IMG/VR virus record: IMGVR_UViG_3300018492_000150 | Location: 49,640 to 113,639 of that record | Source: a virus | Taxonomy: Duplodnaviria > Caudoviricetes | Strand: one strand, 5' to 3' | DNA length: 64,000 nt | The notes under the pieces: model-generated | Seen by the model: only the letters and a program-made list of their open reading frames with translations | Databases searched by the model: none | What the model was told of the DNA's origin: nothing | Program-made: the position numbers and the translations under genes | Shown: piece after piece, positions 52,430-62,243 of the stretch | How positions within the stretch are numbered: position 1 is the stretch's first letter | How the letters are laid out: the number at the start of each line of letters is the position of its first letter

Positions 52430-53461
52430 TTATGTATTTTTATTTTTCGACTCACTGTTATAGATATTTTCATACTCTTTTGTAATTAAAATATTATACA
52501 ACGAAAAGAAGTATACTATAATAAATACTATAAGAGTGCAGATTATAATTCCCATGATATATAAGGAATCTAAAATTCTGTCATATCTAGCATTAATTAT
52601 TCCAATATAATCATCATCACCAAATTCTGGACTATTGAACGTTATTTGGTCATATATATTGAAAGTTTGAATTACAATAAACTTATGGTTTTCTTGAGGA
52701 ACACCATTCTCAATATCTTTCTGCCCAAATATATCTCCTGAATCAGTTATATATACTGGAACTAAGAATTGATAATTTCGAAGACCTTGAACTCCTTCTT
52801 TAATATAGATTTGCTCTAAATTATGATAATTCATTTCAGGAATTTTTTCATGGTCTCCTTTAATATAATTATACGGTTCCATCGCAATTATCTTATCAGT
52901 ATGAGTTCTGATTTTTCTAACGGCACTTGTAAATAATTCCTTATTATACGTAGTATTCGTATATTGCGATAAAGTAGGAGAAGAAGGATTTTCTATAACT
53001 GCACCTTCTTCCCTAGATTCTGGATCTACAAATAGATCTTCTACGATAGTGTCATATCCTTCTAAAATAATAATAGAATTTCTATTATTATTTACATCTC
53101 CGATATACACACCATCAATATTTTTTCTAAATATTTCACTTAATTTCTTTCTGGCTTCTTTATCCCCACTATCAAGTTTATATTGAAGATCTTGAAGATC
53201 AAAATTAGCTCTAATATCATTTTCGATGTTTGTGGCAACACCTGACGTTTGCTTCTCTGCATCTTCCATATAGTTTAATATACTCATCCATACAGTAGCA
53301 AAATCTCTTTTCTTTACATCTTCTACAGCTGCTGCTCTAGAATTCTTAATACTTAGTATAGCATTATCACATACCGTTAGAATAATTATAAATGATGCTA
53401 ATGTAAGTATTATAATAGAAATCAATCTATTAATTTTACTTTTCTTTATTTTTTTAAGCAT
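52430..53461 (-). CDS. Two-TM membrane protein with large extracytoplasmic domain
   Basis: Hydrophobic helices near both termini flanking about 270 hydrophilic residues. Confidence 0.65.
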   Translation of the reverse strand: MLKKIKKSKINRLISIIILTLASFIIILTVCDNAILSIKNSRAAAVEDVKKRDFATVWMSILNYMEDAEKQTSGVATNIENDIRANFDLQDLQYKLDSGDKEARKKLSEIFRKNIDGVYIGDVNNNRNSIIILEGYDTIVEDLFVDPESREEGAVIENPSSPTLSQYTNTTYNKELFTSAVRKIRTHTDKIIAMEPYNYIKGDHEKIPEMNYHNLEQIYIKEGVQGLRNYQFLVPVYITDSGDIFGQKDIENGVPQENHKFIVIQTFNIYDQITFNSPEFGDDDYIGIINARYDRILDSLYIMGIIICTLIVFIIVYFFSLYNILITKEYENIYNSESKNKNT

Positions 53462-53613
53462 ACTATTTCTCCTTTCTAATAGTTTAAAAAGAATAAGTTA
53501 AGGTATGTGGATTTATTATTCTTTTACTATGGATGTTTTGCTTAAAAGTACGATGAGGGTATAAATCTATTATCAAAACTATATATTAAATCAATAGAAA
53601 GGAGAAAACTGAT

Positions 53614-53937
53614 ATGACGGAAATCATTGAAAGTGTAGTTCAACAAATACTCGACCTTTCATTAGCACAAGTGAATATTCCACTTATAATAGTGCTGATG
53701 TTTATTGGTTATGCATTAAAACACTATGTCAAGAAACTTGACAATGCAACTATTCCGATTTGGTTGGGAGTTATCGGTATTGTATTATCTGTATTGATGC
53801 AAGTACCGTTTAACCCTCAAGAAAAGTTGCTTACCGTTCTGGTGCAGGGTATCGTGTGTGCCGTTCTTGCTACTATCCTGTTTGATAAGTTTAAGGATAT
53901 TCAGCAAGGTATTAAACGATCCCGATCACGACCGTGA
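53614..53937 (+). CDS. Holin
   Basis: Three TMs; IGYALKH..LDN..IP..L..IGI pattern of Firmicute phage holins. Confidence 0.7.
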   Translation: MTEIIESVVQQILDLSLAQVNIPLIIVLMFIGYALKHYVKKLDNATIPIWLGVIGIVLSVLMQVPFNPQEKLLTVLVQGIVCAVLATILFDKFKDIQQGIKRSRSRP

Positions 53938-54147
53938 GTTGAAGGTCAGACCGCTGAAGATACAGAAAATAAATAATGAATAAACCAAAAAAGTCGAATT
54001 TTGCCATTTTGACATGATTAAAAAATATATGTTTTGCAACACTATAGTAAAGTATGTATCCCAAAAAGTTTGATCAACACTATATATCATATCTCTACTA
54101 TCTAACAAGATAGTAGAGATAAATTTTATGAAAGGAGAAAATATAAT

Positions 54148-54717
54148 ATGTCATTAATATATTTAGCTATGTCTTGTGATCCTAATATATCAGAAGACCA
54201 AAGAAAACAAGAAAAAGCATATAAAAAATATGTAGATGAGCATAGATCTAACGTGAAGAAAGCTTGGGAAAATATTAAAAATAATAAAAAAATCATGGAC
54301 TATGTAAAACAAGAAACTGGAAGTATTGAATTTTTCAGAATGCAATTAGATAGTCAAGTGCAATGTCATGACATGTCTAAATATGATTTGGAAGAATGGG
54401 AAGCTTATCGTATAAATCATTTTCCTGTTGATGATCAAGAGAAAGAAGATAATAGAGCTGATTATGATAAAGCTTGGATTCATCATTACACAGTAAACTT
54501 ACATCATCCGGATTGGTGGAGTATTAATAAAAAACAAGATAGTATGCCATTTGCTTTTGTTGCAGAGATGTGCTGCGACTGGATAGCAATGAGTATGAAA
54601 TATGGAGGAGATGCATATCATTGGTATCTTGAAAATAAGAAAGAAAAAGATCTTGGAGTTAAACAAGATGAGTGGACAAGAACAATACTTAAAATGTATT
54701 ATAATATAACCGAATAA
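54148..54717 (+). CDS. HD-like protein (DUF5662-type)
   Basis: H...HDMSKY...HHY..N.HHPDWW...EMCCDW. Confidence 0.7.
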   Translation: MSLIYLAMSCDPNISEDQRKQEKAYKKYVDEHRSNVKKAWENIKNNKKIMDYVKQETGSIEFFRMQLDSQVQCHDMSKYDLEEWEAYRINHFPVDDQEKEDNRADYDKAWIHHYTVNLHHPDWWSINKKQDSMPFAFVAEMCCDWIAMSMKYGGDAYHWYLENKKEKDLGVKQDEWTRTILKMYYNITE

Positions 54718-54757
54718 AATTGAGTAAGCATCATAACGATGCTTACTCCTCTTTCTT

Positions 54758-55540
54758 TTATTTTTTAAGATCTTTTGCATTTACAAATCCAATGACAGTA
54801 TTTGGTTCTTTTCCAGCAAACTCAGGTTTCAAGCACAATGCATATCGTCCATTCACTTCTTTACCATCAAATAAATAATATTCTCCACTGATAGTTCTTC
54901 CAGGTCTCGTATCATGTAATTTATAATACATATTAAGGTTATTTGCAACTACCTTAGAACCAGCAATAAGAAGTGTAGATACAATATTCTCTGATTCTTT
55001 AGACTTAGCAACTCCATCAACGATTGTTCCTCTTGAATTGTAGATAACTGAACCTGCTACTTTTATTTTTTCGTTTTTAGCATCCTCCAGATTTGTTGTT
55101 TTGTTGATCTCTTTTCCATCTGGAGTTTTTACTGTATACATATCAACAGCAGGTTTACATTTATCTTCAGGAAGATCTACAACATTACCATATTTCTCTC
55201 TAATAAATTCTCTATCAAATCTATTAAGATTAAACGTCTTATATAAATTATGGTAAATCTGTTCAAATTTTTCATCTACTGTTTTGTGTTCAATAAAATA
55301 CAAAATACATTCATCGATAGAATTAAAAACTAAAGTTTTTCCTGTAGATGGATCTACAAACCCAAATACATTATTTTTATCCTTGATATCTGAATCTTTT
55401 GATATTTTATTCTGATATCGGTATATAGCGAATGCTATAGCTCTTGAAGCAAAATCCGGAGCAAGTTCATTTTTGCTAAACTTATCCATAATATTTTCAA
55501 CAGGTTGCTTCATTATATGAATAATCTCTGAAATTTTCAT
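54758..55540 (-). CDS. Hypothetical protein
   Basis: 260-aa ORF with GAAAGGA RBS. Confidence 0.65.
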   Translation of the reverse strand: MKISEIIHIMKQPVENIMDKFSKNELAPDFASRAIAFAIYRYQNKISKDSDIKDKNNVFGFVDPSTGKTLVFNSIDECILYFIEHKTVDEKFEQIYHNLYKTFNLNRFDREFIREKYGNVVDLPEDKCKPAVDMYTVKTPDGKEINKTTNLEDAKNEKIKVAGSVIYNSRGTIVDGVAKSKESENIVSTLLIAGSKVVANNLNMYYKLHDTRPGRTISGEYYLFDGKEVNGRYALCLKPEFAGKEPNTVIGFVNAKDLKK

Positions 55541-55698
55541 AATATTTCCATCCTTTCTTTCTATTTATATCTACAATGACATATTATTAAAATGTAATCT
55601 AATGTAGGTATTAATAGGAAAGGAGGTCAATTTACTTTAATATCTTCATATACATTATAGTAAAATAATTGAAAACAGTATAAGGAGGAAACTTAACT

Positions 55699-56511
55699 AT
55701 GGCATTAGGTGACTACAATAACGGAGATAATAATAAGAAGAAATATTATGAACCAATTGTGTACAGCCCGTTCGGGACTTCTAATACTGATGGAGTGGAT
55801 CCATCAGCAATTTCTTATCAATTTTACAACGGAATGTTTAAAATTAGCATTTCTCCGATGAAAGCAGGGGCTAGACCTGATGATATCCAGAAATGGGATC
55901 ATGAAAATGCAGTAACAATTTGGCTCACTCATGCAAAAGCAAGAATTCTTGCAGAGGAAATAAGAAATGTGCTTGCTCATCCAGATGAAGTAAACAATGG
56001 GGGAGTGTATACAGGAAAAGGAGAATCTCAAGGATTTATTAGTTTCAGTAACGGTAAAGAACTTGGAGCTTCTGGACCATGTCTTATCATTAGAAGACTC
56101 AATGAAACTGGAATCACTTCATCATACGCTTATCAGTTTAAAGACAGAAGCTATGCTGCAGTGAGAAACTTTGATCAGAACAATATTACAGAGTATGATC
56201 ATATCAATTATCCAAATCTAGAAATTGATGAGCTGCTTACATTACTTGATGATTACAGCTCTTCAATCGGAGGAGCTATGGCATATTCAGTAATGAATGC
56301 TCAGAAATATGATACAAACCGTTCCAATACTAAGATGAATCTCATCATGGAAAAACTTGGTATTGATACATCCGCAGAATACAGCGGAGGAACAAGAAAC
56401 AGCGGCAAATCATTCTTCAGTTCAAACCAGGGAAGAGATGCTGGTAACAATATTCCATCCGGTGGAATGAGAAGTACAACATTAGATGAACTTGGTAGCG
56501 AGATGGACTAA
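55699..56511 (+). CDS. Probable single-stranded DNA-binding protein
   Basis: 270 aa with Gly/Ser/Asn-rich linker and acidic C-terminus (LDELGSEMD). Confidence 0.5.
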   Translation: MALGDYNNGDNNKKKYYEPIVYSPFGTSNTDGVDPSAISYQFYNGMFKISISPMKAGARPDDIQKWDHENAVTIWLTHAKARILAEEIRNVLAHPDEVNNGGVYTGKGESQGFISFSNGKELGASGPCLIIRRLNETGITSSYAYQFKDRSYAAVRNFDQNNITEYDHINYPNLEIDELLTLLDDYSSSIGGAMAYSVMNAQKYDTNRSNTKMNLIMEKLGIDTSAEYSGGTRNSGKSFFSSNQGRDAGNNIPSGGMRSTTLDELGSEMD

Positions 56512-56572
56512 GACTATTATTGGGATAAGTATAATACTTATCCCAATTTATTTTTTAAGGAGGTGGAAATAG

Positions 56573-57238
56573 ATGTATATAACTGACGTACTGGTTCCTT
56601 TCGATATACTTGTAGATACTGATATGGGATTGCTAAAATTATTGGAATTTGATTATGATAATGATTTATATTTTTTGCAAGGTATACTTCATACATCTGA
56701 ACTCAATCAACAGTACACCATGGTTACGAGAAATAAAGTAAATCCATTAAGCGCTATACTTCAATATGAAGATGATGATCTTGCAGAAAATTTGTATTCC
56801 CAGTTTATGGAAAAAGAATATAACCAGATTCTTAAATTATCTTGTAATACTGCAGTGAGAGATCTCTCGGAGTTACTTATTACTACTATAGATCAAGTTG
56901 TTAGAATAACAATTCTGTGTAGGTCTGAGCAAGATTTAGAAGAAGTTGAAGAAAGACATATCAAATCATTTAGAACAATAGTGGAGAAAGATTTAAATAA
57001 AATAGATCTATCAGACTATCAAGTTCTATTTGTAAAGAATATTTATGACCTAGATAAATATAGAAATGTAACAGGTCTAAATATATATGTGCCAAATTAT
57101 GGATTTAATATTACAATAGATCCAGAAATGTCACAACCATTATTGCCAGAAGATATATTGAAAAAATACGGAAAAGAAAATGAGTTTGAAATTTTTTCAA
57201 TATATACTTTTGATCCTAGAAAGATTCCTCTGGGGTAA
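56573..57238 (+). CDS. Hypothetical protein
   Basis: AAGGAGG RBS, 221 aa. Confidence 0.7.
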   Translation: MYITDVLVPFDILVDTDMGLLKLLEFDYDNDLYFLQGILHTSELNQQYTMVTRNKVNPLSAILQYEDDDLAENLYSQFMEKEYNQILKLSCNTAVRDLSELLITTIDQVVRITILCRSEQDLEEVEERHIKSFRTIVEKDLNKIDLSDYQVLFVKNIYDLDKYRNVTGLNIYVPNYGFNITIDPEMSQPLLPEDILKKYGKENEFEIFSIYTFDPRKIPLG

Positions 57239-57335
57239 CAAAAAATACATTACACAAAAAGGAGAAAATATTAATATGAAAACTTTATCAAGAACGAATT
57301 AGGTATAGATACAAAATGGTAGGGAGGAAATAATT

Positions 57336-57803
57336 ATGATTAGCGATATCATCTTTAATTCTCATAAAGCATTTATGCTTGATAATAATATGGGAGTTAG
57401 AGGAAATATAAGTTTTGGAAATTATTCTGGAGAATCTTATATAAATAGATTATTCTCTGGAATGATTATTGAGCATTCTGTATTTCAGTTTTCTGATTTC
57501 TCATTATCGTCATTTAAAGACACTGAGATAAAAGACTGTGATTTTAGTGGAGCAAATTTCAGCAAATGTGATTTAAACACTTGTAAGTTCGAGAATTGTA
57601 TATTCGATATGTGTAATTTTAACTCAGCAGATCTTACAAACGCAGTATTCTCTAATTGCACAGTAACTAGATGCTGTTTTGATTATGCTAGAATGGCATG
57701 GGTTCAAATGGATCTTCCTATCGATCCATACAGTACATTTAAAGATGCTGATCTTAGTACTACTTTAGAGTATTATGTGCAGCACAGAGGTTCAATAGTA
57801 TAA
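57336..57803 (+). CDS. Pentapeptide repeat protein
   Basis: Tandem SDFSL/SSFKD/CDFSG/ANFSK/CDLNT/CKFEN/ADLTN/AVFSN units. Confidence 0.88.
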   Translation: MISDIIFNSHKAFMLDNNMGVRGNISFGNYSGESYINRLFSGMIIEHSVFQFSDFSLSSFKDTEIKDCDFSGANFSKCDLNTCKFENCIFDMCNFNSADLTNAVFSNCTVTRCCFDYARMAWVQMDLPIDPYSTFKDADLSTTLEYYVQHRGSIV

Positions 57804-57857
57804 AAATACTATTAGCACACTACAATAAGTTATATAATATATAGGAGGAAATTTATT

Positions 57858-59627
57858 ATGACGAATAATAATGGAACAATTTTATCAAACTTAGTAGAAA
57901 CTGATGCTCTTAGAAGAGTTCAGTTATCAGTACTTGAAAAAACAAGTTCAGTTATCAGTAAAACAGCAGGGCCGTTCGGATCTTATTCTATGATTATGCA
58001 TCCGGATAGACTTACAGAATACAGTAAAGATGGTCATAAAGTTTTATCTAACTTTAAATTCTTTAAGCCTCTGGAAAAGGCAGTTCACGATGAATTGCTT
58101 GGAATTACAGAGCATGTAATTAAAAAGGTAGGTGATGGTACTACTACAGCAGTACAGTTATCATATCTTATCTACAAAGAATTATGTGAAAGAACAGAGA
58201 GATGGGAAAAAGCAGGATTCCCTCCATATGCAATTATTTCTGAATTTCAGAAAGTAGTAGGTAAAATTACTGAGAAGATCAGAAGCGGCAGAAGAGAATT
58301 AACTCTCGACGATATCAAACAAATCTGCCTCATCTCTACAAATGGAAATGAAATGGTATCTGAAGATATTGCTTATATCTATAAGAAGTTCGGTAAAGAT
58401 ACATTTATCCAGATTGGAACTTCAAATACAGAAAGTTCCATCTTAAAAACATATGATGGTATTATCCTTAATAAAGGATTCTCTTCTCCGTCATTTATCA
58501 ACACAAGTGAAAATACAGTTAAGATTCCTCAGGCAAATATCTATTACTTCCCTGATCCAGTAGATACACCGGAAATGATTCAGCTGTTTATGCAGATATT
58601 TACAGAGAATATTTATATGCCATACCAGGAAGGTACTGGTAAATACAAACCTACAGTTATCTTAGCTCCATCTTTATCTCAAGATATTTCATCTGCATTG
58701 ATGGATATGGAAAAAATCTTTTATGCATTTGATAAAGCTGGTCAGAAAGAAAACAAACCACCATTCTGTATCATTACAGGTATCAATGATCGTGTAGACA
58801 ATATTGGTGATATTATTACTTTATGCGGCTGCCCGTTTATCAAGAAATATATCAATCCTGATACAAGATTACAGGATATCGAAAACGGAGTTGCTCCATC
58901 AGTAGAAACAGTAACTAACTTTGCAGGGTATGCAGATGAAGTTACTATTGATATTGATAAAATGACTATCGTAAATCCGAAAGAGATGTTTGATAAAGAT
59001 GCAGAAATTGCAGAAGATGGATCAAGGCCATTCTCTGCTACATATAACTCTTTAATCTCTTTCTTAGAAAAACAGATTGAGATTGAGTCTCAGGATAAAA
59101 ACAATCTCAATGCAATCATTGAACTTAAACGCAGGTTGCATTCTCTTACAGCAAACTTTGTAGAGTACAATGTAGGTGGTATCTCTGCAGCAGATAGAGA
59201 TAATGTACGTGACCTTGTCGAAGATGCTGTTCTTAACTGTAGATCAGCTGCTGTAAATGGAGTGGGTCAAGGTGCAGGCATTGAAGGGCTCTGTGCATCT
59301 AAAGAACTTATTCCTGAAGAGGCAAATAGTCTTTTTGGGGAAATTACAGTAATTATCTACAACGCATACAAGACGCTTGTAACTAATCTTTACAAGTCAG
59401 GATTAACTGCAGATGAGGCTGAAGATAAAGTAACTCAGTCAGTAGAAAAGCATAAGGCTTATAACTTAAGAGAGAAATCTTTCAATGGAAATGAAGTATT
59501 ATGTTCTATTGAAACTGATATCTCAGTTCTTGAAGGTATCTCAAGAATCATCACAATTATGTATACATCTAATCAGGCATTTCTTGTAGATCCAATGCAG
59601 AATGCATACATTGAAACAAACGACTAA
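57858..59627 (+). CDS. Phage GroEL-like chaperonin
   Basis: TAGPFG, SKDG, VGDGTTTA, VEDAV, GVGQGAG. Confidence 0.9.
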   Translation: MTNNNGTILSNLVETDALRRVQLSVLEKTSSVISKTAGPFGSYSMIMHPDRLTEYSKDGHKVLSNFKFFKPLEKAVHDELLGITEHVIKKVGDGTTTAVQLSYLIYKELCERTERWEKAGFPPYAIISEFQKVVGKITEKIRSGRRELTLDDIKQICLISTNGNEMVSEDIAYIYKKFGKDTFIQIGTSNTESSILKTYDGIILNKGFSSPSFINTSENTVKIPQANIYYFPDPVDTPEMIQLFMQIFTENIYMPYQEGTGKYKPTVILAPSLSQDISSALMDMEKIFYAFDKAGQKENKPPFCIITGINDRVDNIGDIITLCGCPFIKKYINPDTRLQDIENGVAPSVETVTNFAGYADEVTIDIDKMTIVNPKEMFDKDAEIAEDGSRPFSATYNSLISFLEKQIEIESQDKNNLNAIIELKRRLHSLTANFVEYNVGGISAADRDNVRDLVEDAVLNCRSAAVNGVGQGAGIEGLCASKELIPEEANSLFGEITVIIYNAYKTLVTNLYKSGLTADEAEDKVTQSVEKHKAYNLREKSFNGNEVLCSIETDISVLEGISRIITIMYTSNQAFLVDPMQNAYIETND

Positions 59628-59637
59628 ACATAATTGT

Positions 59638-59844
59638 AATGCTGAAATATAGTCCAAGTTAGTCTATAGGAGTAAGACCATAGTCTTTTCCAAACACATT
59701 ATTCCACAACTCCCACCCAATGGAAATGTTTATGTGATAACAGAGATTAGATTATGGGCTGAAATAGATTATAGGTGTCTGTATAAAGTATTAAATATAA
59801 AATAGGGTATAAGGTGTAGACGTTCACCTTATACCCCCATTTTT
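59638..59844 (+). ncRNA. Candidate structured non-coding RNA
   Basis: Late promoter at 59627-59638, nested complementary segments, terminator at 59805-59844, no ORF with an RBS. Confidence 0.4.
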
Positions 59845-59898
59845 ACTAAAATCTAAACATTTAAGTAATTTTATAAATATAGAAAGGAGCTATTAATC

Positions 59899-60318
59899 AT
59901 GGCTAATTTATTTCCAAAAAGATGTAAAGTATATCCAAGAAATAACATGCAGTATATTTCTGGAATTCTTGAAAAACAGAAAAGAATAGAGTTGCCAGCG
60001 GAGTTGCCATTATCAGAGCATGAACTTAGACGTTGTTTAAGTTTTGCTAACTGCTTCGAGATGGTAGGCGGAAAACATGTTCTTCTTACATTAGATAACT
60101 TCAACAAAGATAACAAAGATGGTAAAGATGTTACTGCTACTTTGCCTGGAGGAGAAGTATCTAAACCAAGAGATGAAGAAGAACTAGTAGCTACCGTGTC
60201 TAACGCAGAAGACATAGAAGAGGAACCTAAACAGGCAACTGCTCAGGCACAGAAACCTCAGACCAATCAGCAGAAACAAAATAATCAGAAGGCTGATCAA
60301 AAACAGCAGCAGAAATAA
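59899..60318 (+). CDS. Hypothetical late protein with Gln-rich tail
   Basis: GAAAGGAG RBS; late promoter at 59856-59867. Confidence 0.7.
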   Translation: MANLFPKRCKVYPRNNMQYISGILEKQKRIELPAELPLSEHELRRCLSFANCFEMVGGKHVLLTLDNFNKDNKDGKDVTATLPGGEVSKPRDEEELVATVSNAEDIEEEPKQATAQAQKPQTNQQKQNNQKADQKQQQK

Positions 60319-60379
60319 ATATTTAGATAGTGGTGAATAAACACCACTATCTATTATTTTTTTATAGGAGAGTGATATT

Positions 60380-61162
60380 ATGAAAATGACATTCGATGAA
60401 TATATACAGAATCCTATGGGTAAAGAAAATGCAGTTATATCTAATAGGACAATGTATAGAAATCTATATACAGAAAAATTAGATAAGATACTGGTAAGAG
60501 AGGCAGGTAAAGTGGACTATGAAGCTTATCATGTAGGAAAGAAATATATCTGCTATTTAAAGATTCCTAGCGAAGTAGTTCCTAATTTCTATTACGACGT
60601 ATTGGTAGAATTCTCTGCTCCGAAAGATAAAGCTACAGCTTTAGGTGCTAATCTAAAAGATTATACAGTGAGATTTTATTCCAACGATCCTTCATTTGTA
60701 TATACATTCGCTCACGCATTTATAAAGAATGATATGTTTATTAAAGACTTTGAGAATAAGATGTCAAAAAAATCTGTAAAGAATAGAGCAGTAGAAAAGA
60801 ACCCTCATAATCAGGTTGGTTATGTAAAGAGTTTATATTTTGCATATCTCATTATGTCTAGGAGAGGGTTATTTTCTAAGACAAGATATGTAGATAAATA
60901 TAGTAAATCTAAGCTAGATAGAGAAATTATGCATGCAGATAAGAAAATAGAAGCTAGAGAAGAAGAAGCTAAAAAGATATATGCTAATAAAAGAAAAGAA
61001 CGAGAGAAAGTTAAAAAGATAACTTCTCCTACTAATACACAAAATCCAGACATTCCAATACAACCTAGATCCAATCCAATGAAGATAGGTAAAGTTGGTA
61101 CCATTGGAAAGAATAAAGGTATAGGAAAAATAGGCGGAGTCAAGACTATAAAGAAACGATAA
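60380..61162 (+). CDS. Hypothetical basic protein
   Basis: 260 aa with Lys/Gly-rich tail. Confidence 0.7.
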   Translation: MKMTFDEYIQNPMGKENAVISNRTMYRNLYTEKLDKILVREAGKVDYEAYHVGKKYICYLKIPSEVVPNFYYDVLVEFSAPKDKATALGANLKDYTVRFYSNDPSFVYTFAHAFIKNDMFIKDFENKMSKKSVKNRAVEKNPHNQVGYVKSLYFAYLIMSRRGLFSKTRYVDKYSKSKLDREIMHADKKIEAREEEAKKIYANKRKEREKVKKITSPTNTQNPDIPIQPRSNPMKIGKVGTIGKNKGIGKIGGVKTIKKR

Positions 61163-61376
61163 AATATAGCTACGGTAGTAATATACCGTAGCTATTAATT
61201 TTTTATATCACTCGTCACACTATATTAATGTATATCGGGGATATTCCTGATATAAAAGTTCGAGGAGGTGGTATATAGTGGACTTGGTACATACTTTTTT
61301 CTTATCACTATTTAATAGCACTTAGAATGATATATTATAAAAGTGATACTATAGTGACAAGGAGGATATATACTTA

Positions 61377-62243
61377 ATGAATCACATGATTAGACCTTTT
61401 ACAATAGAAGGTCAACAACAACCAAGAGACAGATCTACTTGGTTCGTCCCAGTAGATCAATGGGAACCGTCTGATCCTATGGATCAGATCTTTAAACCAT
61501 GTAAGGGGGCAGTATGGTTACCGGTGACACAATTCTTTGGTATTAATGATCCTACCAAAGACAATCTTAACTTATTCGTTCTCTCTACCAAACGATGTTA
61601 CAACGGTGATATCATGAGAGAGCACATCTCGAAATATCTTAATTATTTCGAAAAGTATTATGACCAGGATTTAGAATTAGCAATGGCTGTTTCTAAGATC
61701 AAATGTAATATTGATCTTATTCCTGGTTATACTAAAGAGCAGTTTAAATATGATATCGAAAGACTGATACTGTCTGATTCTATCTGTATGAAAGCAGTAT
61801 TGATGAACAACGATAACTATGCTCTGCATCTTGATGAGAAGAAATATAAGAATGAGAAGAATCCTTCTCTTATATATTCTGATCGTCATGCAAAAATCAT
61901 TTTATGGATGTCCTTGTTGATGAATATGGTAATTCCATTAGCAACTCATTTTATTTATATCAACAAGATTCCAAATGCAAATGAGTTCTTATTATGGATA
62001 TTCAACTCTATCTTAAATCTGACAGATGTGGATATCTATAATAAATTCTATGAAACAAGCTCTTCTAATGTAAATCGTTCCAGCAAGAAGCATGAACGTT
62101 TATGGAACAGACAGGATATCAGAGGCAAAGATCCTGTTACACATTCATTAGAGAGTGTACAGAATATTATTCTTAATATCATGCCGAAGTACAGTTATGA
62201 GAAAAACATTATCTCATTTAACTATACTTCAATCAATAAGAAT
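61377..62243 (+). CDS. Probable sigma-like fifth subunit of non-virion RNAP (AR9 gp226/phiKZ gp68-like), exon 1
   Basis: Early motif at 61332; near the chaperonin as gp226 and gp228 are in AR9; Y....AK.....S.LM....P...F pattern; interrupted after YTSINKN. Confidence 0.55.

Noticed and set aside
53917-53980. TGA readthrough of the holin giving the tail VEGQTAEDTENK
   Set aside because: An in-frame acidic tail exists, but this is a single instance and could be a recent nonsense change or chance
57276-57302. Eight-codon ORF MKTLSRTN with AAAGGAG RBS
   Set aside because: Too short to support; probably a gene remnant
59641-59660. AATATAGTCC as a group I intron P7 strand
   Set aside because: No matching GACTA strand or other core elements nearby; treated only as part of the ncRNA candidate
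506-61889. Many short ORF-track entries antisense to or nested in long genes (e.g. 5814, 7401, 40512, 59871)
   Set aside because: No RBS and shadow-frame composition; they overlap well-supported genes
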